A DNA stretch of 64,000 bases from Octopus vulgaris (GCA_951406725.2 OX597824.1:90086001-90150000), one strand, 5' to 3'. Positions 1-14,854 are shown, counted from the first letter of the stretch. Program-made: numbers and translations. The notes: generated from the sequence alone by a model not told the origin.

Positions 1-74
1 CTTGATCATCTGTTGTGATTGCACATCTATAAGCATTTGGAACTTTTACTGCAGGGATCCAAACAACTAAAAGC

Positions 75-275
75 TCTATCTCTGTCCGGGTTGCGGATCC
101 GTGGAATAAGCTGCCGGACGAGATAGAGAAGATGCCGACGACCGCTCGGTTCAAGGTCTCCCTTGACCTCAAGTGTCCTGAACTCTTTACATGAACACCA
201 CCCTGTACTTAACTCCATGTCCCCCTACATGGCCTTGCTTTTTGCTTTTTGAGCCAAAAATTAACTTAACTTAAC
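75..275 (+). mobile_element. 3' end of CR1/L2-like LINE (ORF2 C-terminus plus tail)
   Basis: Reads SVRVADPWNKLPDEIEKMPTTARFKVSLDLKCPELFT*, the RV..WN.LP...FK..LD C-terminal motif, followed by a (TTAAC)n tail. Confidence 0.65.
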
Positions 276-347
276 CATAATGATTAAACGCATGCAGGAA
301 CTATGATATAAATTTGTGTTTATGTTATTTCTCCTTCAGATATTCTT

Positions 348-557
348 TTCTACTCTAGGCACAAGGCCCGAAATTTTGGGTGAGGGTCCAGTCGATTAGA
401 TCGATCCCAGTAGGCAATTAGCACTTAATCTATTGGCCCTGAAAGGATGAAAGGCAAAGTTAACGTTGGCGGAATTTGAACTCTGAATGTAAAGACAGAT
501 GAAATACCGTTACAAATTTTGCTCAGCGTGCTAACGATTCTGCCAGCTTGCCACCTT
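348..557 (-). mobile_element. tRNA-derived SINE, family A (GGCGAGCTGGCAGAA head)
   Basis: Same sequence recurs at ~13038-13268(+), 16797-16970(-), 42635-42845(+), 44585-44798(-), 54765-54955(-) and 61497-61705(-); has A/B-box-like head. Confidence 0.75.
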
Positions 558-928
558 ATTTCTCCTTCAGATATTAAAAAAAAAACAACGATCATCAGCC
601 TTGAAGGATAACCATGACGATGACACACACACACACACCATTAAAGATGTACTGATTGGATCTAAAACCGCTGTCATTAACGAGCAAGTAATTTAAATCT
701 GCTATGGATGCCAAAACTCTCTGCGGCTCTTGAGCAGTCCTATTTCAGTGAAGTTCATTTTCTTGTGCTCTGCAAACAAGGTTAGCAGCTGTTCCATTTG
801 GGATTGGTCATTTCTTGTAGACCAATAGTTTTACCAAATTAAGGTCACCATCCTGCATAGTATTAACACGTCTTTGTACAAATAAATAATCTCGCATTTA
901 CTATTGTTTTCTTTTCTTTTCTCTTCAG

Positions 929-983
929 AAGTGGCGATAAAGCATTCTTGACAATAAATCAACTTATTGACTTCTTCAATGAA
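929..983 (+). CDS. PLCB4: PLC-beta4 exon (EF-hand region) SGDKAFLTINQLIDFFNE
   Basis: Polypyrimidine tract + CAG acceptor, GTAAGT donor; 55 nt; ends phase 0, matching next exon. Confidence 0.88.
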
Positions 984-2415
984 GTAAGTATATTGGAGGA
1001 AATGGTAGAGTTGGGTTGAAGAAGGGGTTGTTTTTTTTTCTCATTCACAATATTCTAGAAACTTTTTGTTTTTGTGCTTGGTTTGTAAGATTCTCTTGGT
1101 GTGAACCTGTGTTTTGAAACGTAATTTGTTCTGTCTTGGGAGGGTCATTATGCCAGTAATGAACACACACATGCTGGTTGTATTTCACTTCTTTTATTAT
1201 TATCATTATTATTATTAGTAGTAGTATTATTATGATAGTTATTATTTGTCAATTTGATAACTATTTAACTAATTAATTGATTAGTAGATTAATTGTTCAG
1301 TTGATAAATTATTGAGTTAGGTTTGTCAAAATCTTTTCTTCTCCATTCATGACTTCATCAATAATGTACCTCTCTCTACTCCTGCTCTGCTGTAAGTCTC
1401 TGGCTGCCTATGAGAATGACCTCATGTCATTGAAGAGGTTGCAAACGGCCTTGAAAGGACTTCCATTGACTGATTGACTGAACAATTAACCAAACAACTA
1501 AATAAATAATTAATTAAATGTTAATGAATTGACATTTCGATGATGTGATTGTTTATTTTTAGAATGATATTATAGGCTAAGTGTGAGAGGCCAGATCTGG
1601 TCAGTTTGGTCATGAAGCAGGTAGAATATATGGGCCCCAGATATAGGTGCCTTAAATGCTAAAGGGTTAAATCAACTCCTTAACGAATAAAAAAAAAATG
1701 GTAAAGGAGTTAACCCAAGTAAGATTTGAACCTCAAGACATGGGTGATGAAATTCATATTGGTAAAGCATCGGGTCAATTCCTTTATTATTTCTCACCCC
1801 CACCCCCATAAATGCACCCGGGAACGAAATTTGCTTTGTCAGTGTAAACCCAGTTTTTCAGGAGGATGTTCAAACATTTTTCATTACCCCCACCACCACC
1901 AACCTACCCCACCCAAGATAATTTTGGGGATGCACTCTCAGTCCCTGTAACCCATCTCTGAGCCTATGCCCCAGCTCTGCTCCCTGTCTAAGGGCTAAGT
2001 TGATACTGATATAAATATACGGACTGTTGAATTGGTTTATGTTGATCGCAGCTAAAAAAAGGAGGCCATCTCGATTCAGTAGATCCTTAAACGAAGGCAT
2101 AAATTTATTTTGATTAAGTTTTGGTTTTGTTTTCCTGAAAAAAAAACTTGACAAGCCCCTTAAATTTACGTCTCTTATATGGGTGAAATAAGGGTTGTTC
2201 AAACTCTTTGATGTAATGAATGCAAAGCTGAAAATCTAATGTACTTCACTGTTATTCGTCCTCACATCACGACACTTAAGTACCCGGCTTATATATACCC
2301 TTATGACACACGCCACTACCTCTTGTACAGCAATGCAGTAAATATTGATGATGACGATGATGATGATGAGGAGGATTTTCTTTTATATACCTGTACCTCT
2401 GCACAAAGCTTGCAC

Positions 2416-2470
<55 letters not shown>

Positions 2471-3324
2471 TCTTCTATTGAATCTATGAACAAGCAGTTG
2501 AAAACAAAAACCAAAAAAAAAATTTATAAAAATAAAACAAAAATTTAAAAAAAAGGGAAACACAAAACAAACAGAAAAATAAACAAAATAGAACCTTTTT
2601 CTGCACTTTGCACCTGTGTAAGTAACCGACAACACTAATGTGCAGTTGCACTTTGTACAACAACAACAACAACAGCAGTAACAGCAACAACTGCAGCCAA
2701 CCGCACTTTGATTTTTCACATCACGGCAACATAGATTTCAGCACCAAGCCAGCCAAAAGCTACTTGGAGATGTGCACCACTTGCAGCTATCTGCAGTTGC
2801 AGTGAACATTTGGTAGTTTGGTAGGTAGACACACGCGTAGAATAATCAATATACCTCGTCGCTTTGCACACAGAACACCAGAGCTTCTACCGCCACCCGT
2901 ACTGCATCACGGAACCTGCAAGCCGATAACAGGCACATACTAAACTTTGGACATTTCCTTCATCCGTAGTGGATCTCCATGAAAGAAGGAATGAAGGAAA
3001 ATGAACCAGGCGAACTCACATTTGGTAATTGTTCAAGGCTGGAACTTCTTCAAGGCTGGAATTTTCTTCATGGCTGAAACGAACCGCTTCCTAAGTGTAA
3101 CTTCTTTGCAACTGAAAATTCTTCGTGGCGGCAACTTTCTTCGTGGCTGGATCTGATTCGTATTGTAAGCTTTCTTCACAGATGAAACATCTTCGCACTT
3201 GGATCTTTGGATCTTCTTCTTTGGCAATAAATATTCTTTTCAATTCATTTTACACAAATTCTATGAGGTGTGTTGTATGTGTGTGTCTGTATATATATAT
3301 ACATACATACATACATACATCAAT

Positions 3325-3370
<46 letters not shown>

Positions 3371-4539
3371 TACATACATCATACATATATACATACATAC
3401 ATACATCATACATATATATATATATACATACAGACATCATACATATATATATACATACATACATACATACATCAGACATATATATATATACATACATACA
3501 TCATACATATATATATACATACATCAAATATATATATACACATACATATATACATCATAAAAATATATACATATATATACATACATCATACATGTGTATA
3601 TATATATATATATACATACATCATAAATATATATATATATACATCATATATATATATATATGTATATATATACAGTGTAAAGGAGATTGTTGGCCACCAA
3701 GTCACCCAATACCAACCATTATCTATACAAGTCAAACCACAATATTACAATAACAACACCAAATAAATATTGTAATGATATAATAATCACAACAATAACT
3801 AGAGGATTATGATTGTCTATACATTTACATATCAATAAGTCTGCTCAATCAGATCTGACCAGGGGCTAAACAGCGGCTAATCTGACCAGGCGCTTAACAG
3901 GGGCTAATCTGACTAGGGGCTATCAGGGGCTAAATGTAACTATTCAGACACTAGATTTAATTACTTAATATATGGTTTAATTAGAAACCTTCCCTACTGA
4001 TAATGGTCATAACAAAAATTATAATATAATGGACAATTTGAAGGCTTCCATCTTTGGAATTACAACACATTCTTGGAGATGGTACATCAAATAATTCAGG
4101 ATTTGGGTTTTCTTTTTTTATCAATTTGGTTATTTTTTCTACATTTTTTTTAAAATATTTAAAATCTTTTTTCTTACTTAAAATTATCTGTTTTTCCCTT
4201 GGTAAGAAGATGGTAAGAATGGTTTGAATGACAGTTCATGAGGGGCAACTGTAAAGATTCTGCCTGCTCTGGTTCCATTCTATGTCAGCCTCATAAGCTT
4301 ACCATGATGTAATTGACATTAAAATGGCCCTTGATCAGTGCAAAAGTCTTTTACTTGTCCTGGCTATTCTCCATGTAGGGTATGGTGGACCCTACATCCT
4401 TTTTTTGTATCTACTTTACCTGTCTACCTGGCCCCTATCCCACACACCTGTTGGCCCTTTCACCTGCTCTATGTCTCCCATCTGCCACATTACCAGTCCT
4501 CTCCCCCACTTCAGTTTGTTCACTTTCCCTATTGCTACA

Positions 4540-5130
4540 TGTTAACTTCCATCTTACAACATGTATTCCTATCTGCATTGTTTCCTTCTTCAAATTCTTT
4601 CCTTTATTTCACACACTCTACATGTCACCTATACTCTTCCATACTTCCCACATGTCACTTTAGTTCTTCCATGCCTCTTACATGTGACTTAACTCCTCCA
4701 TATATACAACGTCTCACCCCCATCTATTCCATGTATCCCACATGTGATTTCAACACTTCCATGCCTCCCTACATGTCACCTCATCTCCTCCATGCATCCT
4801 ACATGGAATTTCAACACCTCCATACATTCCTACATGTCACCTCATCTCCATCTCCATACATTCCACATGTTATTTCAACACCTCCATACCTCCCTACATG
4901 CCATCTCATCTCCTTCTTCATACATCCCACTTGCTACAGTGTCTACTCCATATCTCCTACATGTTAATTTCCCCGTCTGAACTTTTCCACATGTTCCTCT
5001 TTACACATAGGCCAAATATCTTCATGTTTTTGCCATACATTCAACAAATCCTTCCCTATTATCCATCTATCCCACATGTCACCTCAATTCCTCCATACAT
5101 CCTACATCTCAACCTGTCTCCCTCACACAG
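4540..5130. repeat. Degenerate ~20-bp pyrimidine-rich minisatellite (recurrent ACATGT...CCTCCAT)
   Basis: Periodic ACATGT motif. Confidence 0.6.
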
Positions 5131-5739
5131 CCACATGCTGACCTAGCTACTTAAGGCATCCCAAATTTTACCCAGTCAACTCTGCACGTGTCACATGTCC
5201 ACATCAACAGGTTTATCCCCACATGTCCCCAGATTCCCTCCTTATGCCATCTTCTGAACCCCCTACAAAATACCTGTGTTTTCGCCCCCACCACCTAATT
5301 ATCACTTCCATCCATGTTATTCCTACTAAATACCTCAGACAACCACCACCATGACCACCACCACCAACCCCACACTGTATCATTACCACTTCCATCACCA
5401 TATCCTATACTCATGCAGCACCCCACCACCTTCCAATATACTCCCACCCACCACCTTGGCATCCATTCACAGTCATTATCATCACCCCCCAGTCCAACCC
5501 CCACCCAGGGTCACCACCATCTCACAGTACCTTCACCATTATCCTAGTGTCATTATCACCACCACCACCATCACCACTCATGCCTCCACCACCACCACCA
5601 TCTTCAGAACCCATAACACCAACCCTACCTCCATTACCTCCACATCCACCACCACTAGCTCCACCTCCACCACCACCACCACTACACTTTAGCACCACCA
5701 GTGACCAATGCCGCTGTTTTGTATTCTTTCTGCTTCCAG

Positions 5740-5848
5740 AGACAACGTGATCCCAGACTGAATGAGATCCTTTTTCCATTCTACGACCGCAATAGAATAC
5801 TTCAGATCGTCACCCAATACGAGGAGAGTGATGAAATGAAGAAGAAAG
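5740..5848 (+). CDS. PLCB4: PLC-beta4 exon [36 protein letters not shown]
   Basis: TTCCAG acceptor, GT donor at 5849, 109 nt; [12 protein letters not shown] motif. Confidence 0.95.
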
Positions 5849-6390
5849 GTTTTTGTGGCTTGCTTTTCTTTCATTCTTTCTTTCTTTATTTATTTATTAA
5901 CTGGGTGTATATATATATATATATATAGGTACCTGCTTTGAAACCTTCATCTTCCATATCCAGAATATAAATTCCACATTTATACCAATAAAAATTGTTT
6001 CACTTGGTTTTGTTGGTAAACATCTAAGTAACAACATGGGAAGGTTACAGTTTACACAAAAAGAAATCACCCAGCTAGCATGCACATTGCAAAAACAAAC
6101 TATAAGCGGAACAGTAAAAATATGCAAGACATTTTTCAAGTTTGAAATGTGAATTTGTTTTTGTTATCTACATTTCAATGATGGAACTTTGTTTCTTTGT
6201 TAAAAAGCAGCTTCTGACTCAAAGGAAGAATTTAAATAATTAAAAACAGAAGAGAATGAACATACATACATACATATATACATACATACATACATATCCA
6301 ATCCATCACTGGAACTGCAAAAATCTGTAAAACTTTCCAGAAGTTTATCATGTAAATGTATATGAGCATTATTTTTGTCTTTTTTTTATG

Positions 6391-6625
6391 GATATTTATC
6401 CTCATCTTGTTTGTTGTTAACACAACATTTCGGCTGATATACCCTCCAGCCTTCATCAGGTGTCTTGGGGAAATTTTGAGCCTAGGTTATCATTCCTAAG
6501 GTATTTTTCAATATTATTAGGAATGAGAACCCAGGTTCAAAACTTCCCTAAGACACCTGATGATGGCTGGAGGGTATATCAGTTGAAATGTTGTGTTAAC
6601 AACAAACAAGATGAGGACAAATATC
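6391..6625. repeat. Long inverted repeat (Penelope-terminus-like) with hammerhead-core motifs in both arms
   Basis: ~110-bp arms are reverse complements; each carries CTGATGA..ggctg..cagcc/cagtt..GAAA; same family as 19673-20139. Confidence 0.75.
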
Positions 6626-7336
6626 TGTCAATAAATGACATAAATAATGTACATAATTACCCATCTCTTAAATATAGAACTGTATTATATATGAGCGTGT
6701 CTAGATATGCAACTATATTCATGAGAATACATATATATATATATATATATATACTTTATTTAAAGCAGCAGAAAATTCCATACATTTTCTGCTGCTTTAA
6801 ATAAAGCATATTACTCTACCACTGGTATTTGAGTACTCTTTTTTTCCACCTTGTTTCACATTTGTGTTTACTCCGGTATATATATATATATATAATCATT
6901 ACAGATAAAGGGTGAAATAAAATTAATTTAATAAAATCAACAAATTTCACCTAGTAGCACTTCGGTATGGAAAAGGACCATATTCGGTAAAAGTTTATAT
7001 AATTATAACAATAAGGGTCTTTGCAACAAGTTGCTTGACCACATACCGAAAATTTTAGAAATAGCAGCCAGAGGACTGCTATTTCCTTTTACTACAGAAA
7101 TATGTCTCCTTTCTGTGCCCTTCTGATATTTGCAAATATCAGAAGGGCACAGAAAGTGTGTCTAAAGCCGACTGGAGACGACGATCTCCTGGGGCTAAAA
7201 GCTTCAGTAACACCCACCCCCAGTGGCTATCCACATTCAGATGGCTAGTACACTTTACGTTATATATATATATATATATATTTAAGTTTAGAAATTGCTT
7301 CTAATGTCTGCCTCTGCCTTTCTCTTCATCTTTCAG

Positions 7337-7547
7337 AATGTTTAAGTTTAGATGGCTTCTGTCGATATCTGATGTCTGATGATAATGCTCCAGTATTCCT
7401 GGATCGTCTTGACATGTACCAAGACATGGATCAACCATTGTCTCATTATTATATCAACTCATCACACAACACATACCTGACTGGCCGACAGTTCGGAGGG
7501 AAATCCTCCGTCGAAATGTATAGACAAGTCCTCTTAGCTGGATGCCG
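7337..7547 (+). CDS. PLCB4: PLC-beta4 exon, start of X box ([70 protein letters not shown])
   Basis: CAG/GTGAG sites, 211 nt, catalytic SSHNTYL motif. Confidence 0.98.
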
Positions 7548-7745
7548 GTGAGAGCCTTTACTGCTTCATTTTCTTATATTCTTTCCTTTTCAGTTTTCAT
7601 TTCTTTTTTGCTCCTTTTTCTTTTTATTTTTCTAAAATTCCATGGGCAGGCTGTAGTTTTCGGTAAATAGGGAGACTGGGTCAATTTAATTGAGTAGTCC
7701 CCCCACCCCAAAAAAATTTCAGACCTTGTTTCTTTAATAGAAAGG

Positions 7746-7794
<49 letters not shown>

Positions 7795-7795
<1 letters not shown>

Positions 7796-8235
7796 CATTG
7801 AGTGAGAGAGTAGTGCATGCCATCAAAGTGACACTGGGGTAAAATATACGAAGCCCAGTATACCCATCATGACTACCCGTTTTATAAGGGTACACTAGGC
7901 ACAGGCATCACAACCATATGTGCGCAACATGGTGATCTCATATCAAGATAAACAGCACATGACTTTGCAGGTGGGGCCCAGTTAGAATTTACTTCTGGTC
8001 AAGTAACCCATCTCACTCAAAAGGTCCCTGAATAAGGGTTGTTTAAGGATGTTGAACGAACCACCTATGTTTTCAAAGGTGAATTATCCAAACCTCTAAG
8101 AGTTCCTTTCAACACACAGCTATGATGCTCCCCTACTACTTCTGCTTGTGATCAGAGATGCACATATCGTCAGCCACTAAGGGACATGCTCAACTGGTTA
8201 AGGTCAAACAACTGACAAGCAAATCTATGTTATTG
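7795..8235 (+). mobile_element. Interspersed repeat, family C (~450 bp, flanked by (ATT)n)
   Basis: Near-identical copies at ~16275-16760(-), 26270-26680(+) and 44090-44555(-). Confidence 0.75.
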
Positions 8236-9106
8236 ATTATTATTATTATTGATGATGATTATATGAATATGGAGACTTGTACATCCACAAAATTTATCTT
8301 ATAATCTTATACAGCATATCATAATAACCTGCACACGTTTCTGCTGCAGCCGCTACTCACTGTTGCAAATGCAACATTGCATTATCGTTGGTGCAGCTTC
8401 ATCAGGATCCATCCCTTTGGTCATCCTCAAAGTGGACCTTTTGTTGTTTTTTTTACTTGTCTTAGACATTGGGCTGCAGCCATGCTGGGGCACTGCCTTG
8501 AAGGGTTTAGTCAAAGAAATTGACCCCACTCCGTCCCCACTCCAAGGGCTCATTTTTCAGTCTAGTTATTGGTTTCTTTTAACAAATTGCTAAGATACAA
8601 GGACATGAACCAACCAACACCAGATGTCGAACAATGATTTGGGACAAACACACACATAGAATATATGGTGCTGGTGCCATGTAAAAAGCACCCAGTACAA
8701 TTTGTAAAGTGATTGGTGTTAGGAAGGACCTCCATTCAAAGAAACCATGCCAGAAGAGACAGTGGAACCGGGTGCAGCTCCTGCCAAACCATTCAACTCA
8801 TGCCAGCATGGAAAACGGATGCTGAATGATGACAATGATGTTGATGATGATGATAATGATGATATGCTTCTGACCAGTATCTACCAAATTTACTAACATG
8901 TCATTGACCGGTTTGGGGCTATAGTAGAAGACAATTTCCCTAGATGTCCTGCAGTGGGACTGAACCTGAAACCATGTGGTTTCAAAATGAGCCTCTTAAC
9001 TGACACATGTGCCTACACTTAATATTCCATTGTATCTGTTTCTCTTTATATTCCTCGAAATGTAGACAGCTTATGTTAACACCTCACACAATGCCCCAAA
9101 AACAAA

Positions 9107-9502
9107 TCTTTATATATAAAAGTGAGGTTGTGTGCTGTCTGTCTCCTACGATTTAGATTCCTAACTACTGCCACATTTTGCGGTGCATTTTAACCAAAAG
9201 CGGGTATCTTATAGTCGTGATTCATATCGAGCCCTTCTGTGTATTAGCGTGCATCTACGATGAGTCTATGATTTAAAAAAAAATTTACCATCAATTTTTT
9301 CCCATTTTTAATGCATTTTTGGCATATATAAGGGAAGTAACTCTCTAAAAATTTATTATTAAATTTCAGAACGTAAAAAGTTACAGTAACACCCCCCTTT
9401 GTGGTTAGCCATATTGAGATGGCTATTATACTTTACATCTCTAAAAATGCTTATATAGTTATTTCCCTTACAAACCCGAGCAACGCCGGGCGATACTGCT
9501 AG
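9107..9502 (+). mobile_element. Non-autonomous Helitron-like element
   Basis: Starts TC, ends CTAG, sits between A and T, subterminal GC hairpin CCCGAGCAACGCCGGG; same 3' end at 49497(-). Confidence 0.7.
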
Positions 9503-9543
9503 TATCTTATATTATTTACCTCAATGCTTCTTCTCTCCCTTAA

Positions 9544-10141
<598 letters not shown>

Positions 10142-10479
10142 ACACAAGCTAATGAGGTAACCTCTACATTGTCACATAAACTGGTAGAAATAGTAGCCAA
10201 ATTTCACTCAAATCACACCCAGCCATCTTAGAAAAGAACACATAGCATCAAGTGGTCTTGAGTTGCCTGCATAAATGAATAAAAAAAAACTGGGATGGCC
10301 ATAGTTAGATTGCCTAAACAGGTTGAGCTAATACATAGAGGTTTCCAAAACCCAGTTGATTAACACTATACTTACCTATCAGGTCAATATCAGTTCTTCC
10401 TCTACTCTTGGGCACACAAGGTAGAGAGTTAATACCAGTAATTTCCATTGGGAGCAGTTTTCTCTGCATCCAGGCCCAT

Positions 10480-10960
10480 GACATTAGCCTCTTCCATTTC
10501 GGTTATGAATGTTGTTCTGCACCATGGGGTTCCCAGCCTCCCTCTGTCTTTTACCCTCCAGTGGTGTCCATTTAAAAGCTATTTCAGAATGGTATTGTTC
10601 TGGTAGAGTCAATCTTTGTTTTGTGATGGTTTCACTAAATGGTTTTGTATTGAATAATAAAGTTTATTTGCCAATGGAATGTGGCAGTTCTATTCGGTTC
10701 TGTTACTGTATATCTCTCACTCAGAGATTTAAAACAAGTTTTGTATTGACTCTCTTTAGAACACCATTATTGGTTATGTAATCTTGCCAGGGACGTTCTC
10801 ATAATCCTTCTCAAGCATCTTCAGCAGAACACATCTAGCTTTCTATCAAGTTTCATGGTGTTCTTCCATGATTGATAGAACTATGCTGTTATAGAATCAG
10901 ATCTTTGTGTGTAAGCTGATGGAGTTAGAAAACCAGATAGCACACACACACTCTGAAACA
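10480..10960 (-). mobile_element. Degenerate RTE-like LINE ORF2 fragment
   Basis: Minus strand reads KLDRKLDVFC*RCLRRIMRT..WQDYITNNGVLKRVNTK with stops and frameshifts. Confidence 0.55.
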
Positions 10961-11108
10961 GCTGTTACCTTCCTATACATTAATTCCATCATTATAAATT
11001 TCTGAATTCTATAAATTAGGCTAAATGGAAAGGTACCCGTGAATTGTATAAAATGGCACCAAAATATGTTATTCATTATTAATTCTATTATCTCACCCTT
11101 CTTCTCAG

Positions 11109-11188
11109 GATGTTATTAATGCAATTAAGGAAACAGCTTTTATTACTTCTGACCTGCCTGTCATCCTTTCATTTGAAAACCATTGTAG
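11109..11188 (+). CDS. PLCB4: PLC-beta4 exon [26 protein letters not shown]
   Basis: CAG/GTAAG, 80 nt. Confidence 0.98.
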
Positions 11189-12293
11189 GTAAGTACCTCA
11201 TTTTATACCTCTCCTTCTCTCACCCCATCTCTCCCTATATGTTTACTACATGTGTGTGTGTTTATGTATAATCATATACATAAGTGCACATGCACACACA
11301 TGTGTATATATATATATATGCATGCGTATATGTTCAAAATAGATGTATGCATAAATAAAATTATATTAAAATTAAAGTTAAACTGTGTGCTCGATATTTT
11401 GAACATTAGCTCTTTTTCAAGAAAGAGAAGAGATTTTTAAAAAGGAAAGGAAAGTATTGTCTGTGTAGTGTTTCAACAGTTCAACATGTATGATAAATGT
11501 GAATATTGGGAATATGTAATATATTGAGGGGAAAATGTTGATCATACAGAGAAAGAAGTGATGAGTGTAAGTGACAGTTGACAAGTGTAGGCAAGTGTGT
11601 ATGAAGATGCCAGTACGTATGTGTGATTGGGTAATGAAACAAGTGGTGTATATGCATCTGTGTGTATGAGGTGGTAAAAAGATCACTGAAACCGTTTGAA
11701 GAATAATTGGGTTTCTTTTAAAATTCCATCTGGAGAGAATATTGCATAAATCAGAGATTGAACCACCAACTCTCCAGATTGAACCAGTACTTTTCTATAT
11801 TGAGAAGTCACAGTTTCGGTACTATGAATGTGATGAAAATGTCACAGGGAAAGACTGCAAGATGGATTCTTCAAGCCAAACCAAATAGCAGGGGTCATCA
11901 ATGGGAACAGGGGAGATCCAGGAAGTTGAGAGAAGTGTCAGATGGGGGATACAGATTCTAAAGCAAAATAGAAAGCATTACATGTGTGTGTGTGTTTGTG
12001 AGTGTTTTTTACCATTTGATAACCTGTGCTGGTTTGTTTATGTCCCTGTGATTTAGCTGTTTGGCAAAAAGAAACTGACAGAATATGAACCAGACTTTAA
12101 AAATATAAGCAGTGAAGTTGATTTGATTGATTAAACTCATCAATGCAGAGCCCCAGCATGGCCACAGTCCAGTGATTGAAACCAGTAAAAAATATAATGA
12201 ATTTTTTTTTGTTTTTCTCTTTTTCCTTTATTTGTGTCTAATCCTTTATCTAAATCAGCTGTTCTCAACTGCAGCTCCCAGGGCTGCATGCAG

Positions 12294-12650
12294 CTCTCAA
12301 GCATCCTTTCATTAGCCCTCAAGCATCCCTCCAGTGACCCTCAAGCATCCCATCAGTGGCCCTCAAGCATCCCTCTAGTGGCCCTCAAGCATCCCTCAAA
12401 TGGATCTCAAGCATCCCTCCAGTGGCCCTCAAGCATCCCTCCAGTTGCCCTCAAGCATCCCTCCAGCGGCCCTCAAGCATCCCTCCAGTGGCCCTCAAGC
12501 ATCCCTCCAGTGGCCCTCAAGCATCCCTCCAGTGGCCCTCAAGCATCCCTCCAGTAGCCCTCAAGCATCACTCCAGTGGCCCTCAAGCATCCCTAATGTA
12601 GCCCACAAGCATCCCATCAGTGCACCTCTGGCATCCTTCCACTAGCTCTC
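12294..12650. repeat. 22-bp minisatellite (CCCTCAAGCATCCCTCCAGTGG), ~15 copies
   Basis: Direct head-to-tail units without spacers. Confidence 0.9.
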
Positions 12651-12880
12651 AATAATCTTCCCTCTATAAATACAAGTTTTTCATTAATTGACCCATGTTT
12701 TACTTTTTTTGGTGCAACCCTCTAAAGGTGCAAACCCCTAAAAAAACTCCAGTTTTGAATCTGGCTCAAATATTAAAAAAGGTTGAGAACCATTGGTCTA
12801 AATTCTAACTCTTTATATTTTACCTGTAAAATATATCCTAATTATTGATCCTGTATTGATATTCCTTTGTAAATCTACAG

Positions 12881-12965
12881 TAAACCACAACAGTACAAAA
12901 TGGCGCGATATTGTGAAGACATTCTTGGGGATTTACTATTAAAGAGAAAATTAGACAACTTTGAC
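12881..12965 (+). CDS. PLCB4: PLC-beta4 exon [28 protein letters not shown]
   Basis: CAG/GTAAG, 85 nt, phase fits both neighbours. Confidence 0.96.
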
Positions 12966-13037
12966 GTAAGTATTTTACCATTTTTGTTATTTATGTAAGT
13001 GCAGGTATGGCTGGGTGGTAAGAAACCTGCTTCCCAA

Positions 13038-13268
13038 AGGTGGCGAGCTGGCAGAAATGTTAGCACGCCGGGCAAAATGCTTAGCGGTATTTTGTCTGCT
13101 GTTACGTTCTGAGTTCAAATTCCGCCAAGGTCGACTTTGCCTTTCATTCTTTCGGGGGTTGATAAATTAAGTACCAGTTATGTACTGGGGTCGATGTAAT
13201 CAACTTAATCCCTTTGTCTGTCCTTGTTTGCCCCCTCTGTGTTTAGCCCCTTGTGGGCAATGAAGAAA
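13038..13268 (+). mobile_element. Family A SINE inserted into the head of a family B SINE, with 19-bp target-site duplication
   Basis: TAAGAAACCTGCTTCCCAA at 13019-13037 and again at 13269-13287. Confidence 0.8.
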
Positions 13269-13829
13269 TAAGAAACCTGCTTCCCAACCACATGGTTCTG
13301 GGTTCAGTCCCACTACATGGCACCTTGGGTAAAGTGTCTCCCACTATAGCTTTAGGCCAACCAAAGCCTTGTGAGTGGATTTGGTAGGCAGGAGCTAATA
13401 GAAACCTGTTGTGTGTGTGTGTGTCTGTCTGTCTGTTTGTCGCTCACCTCTGTTTAACAACTGGCGTTGGTGTGTTTACGTCCCCATAACTTTGTAGTTC
13501 AGTAAAAGTGACTGATATAATAAGTGCAAAGGTTTTTTAAAATAATAACTGTGGTCCAGTCGTTCAGCTAAAAAAATTCTCTAAGGCAGTGCCCCAGCAT
13601 GGCCACAGTCTAATCACCAAAACAAATAAAACGAAAAAAGATAAGGACTTATTTTGTTTTATTTGCTGTTCAGCCCCAGAAGCATTTTAATTAAACAGAT
13701 CTAAAATCAATGGTACACCAGCTGTGTCTGTTTCCATCTTTTGTTCAAACATCATGCACCTAAGATAACATCAATCTAAGATGACAGAATGGAGTTTAGC
13801 TGTTACTTCTAGCAGGTCAAAGTGAAATA

Positions 13830-14215
13830 CTGCGTGGTAAGTAGCTTGGTTACCAACCACATGGTTCCGGGTTCAGTCCCACTGCGTGGCACCTTGGTCA
13901 AGTGCCTTCTACTATAGCCCCGGGCCAACCAAAGCCTTGTGAGTGGATTTGATAGACGGAAACTGAAAGAAGCCTGTCATATATATGTGTGTGTGTGTGT
14001 GTGTGTTTATGTTTGTGTCTGTGTTTGTCCCCCCAACATCGCTTGACAACCGATGCTGGTGTGGTTGCGTCCCCGTAACTTAGCGGTTCGGCAAAAGAGA
14101 CTGCTAGAATAAGTACTAAACTAACAAAGAATAAGTCCTGGGGTCGAGTTGCTCGATTAAAGGTGGTGCTCCAGCATGGCCCCAGTCAAATGACTGAAAC
14201 AAGTAAAGGAGTAAG
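13830..14215 (+). mobile_element. tRNA-derived SINE, family B (GTGGTAAGTAGCTTG...GGTTCAGTCCCACTG...GTGGATTTGGTAGACGG)
   Basis: Copies at ~13270-13630, 43268-43660, 52645-52860(+), 52912-53075(-), 57505-57640(-), 8870-9015(-) and 28780-28940(-). Confidence 0.75.
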
Positions 14216-14345
14216 ACAATAACAGAGAGGGTAACATTATACCCTTATTTTCTCTTCTGATTTAACAAAATCTCAAAGGTTTTTTCTTTATTTAACGATT
14301 TGCTTATAATTTCCTCAACCAATTTGATTTTCTTCGCTTATCCAG

Positions 14346-14436
14346 TTAGAACCTGGCATTCCGCTGCCCTCACCATCAGAGCTGAAAAGAAAGATTCTCA
14401 TCAAAAATAAACGTCTGAAATCTGAGGTAGAAAAAA
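14346..14436 (+). CDS. PLCB4: PLC-beta4 exon, end of X box [30 protein letters not shown]
   Basis: CAG/GTGAG, 91 nt; LPSP..LK.KILIKNK motif. Confidence 0.97.
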
Positions 14437-14454
14437 GTGAGTTCTTTGCTTTGT

Positions 14455-14533
14455 TTTGATTTGTCTGTCTGTCTGTCTCTCCAGCTGTTCCTCTACTTGT
14501 CTGCCTCTCTCTCTCTCTCTCTCCATCTCTCTC

Positions 14534-14564
<31 letters not shown>

Positions 14565-14799
14565 GCCTATCTATCTATCAATCTGTCTGTCTGTCTGTCT
14601 ATCTATCTATTTATTTACCTATCTATTTAATCTTTCTCTTTATCTATTCATCAATCTATCTACTTATCTATCTCTATCTATCCGTCTATCTATCTACCTA
14701 TCTGTCTGTCTACTTATCTGTCTGTCTGTTTATCTATCTGTTTAATCTATCTATCCATCTATTTATCTATCTATCTATCTCTCTCTCTTTCTCTCTCTT

Positions 14800-14854
<55 letters not shown>

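Noticed and set aside
12294-12650. Regular 22-bp repeats resembling a CRISPR array or repeat protein
   Set aside because: No unique spacers, eukaryotic intron, open in all frames only because the unit lacks stops.
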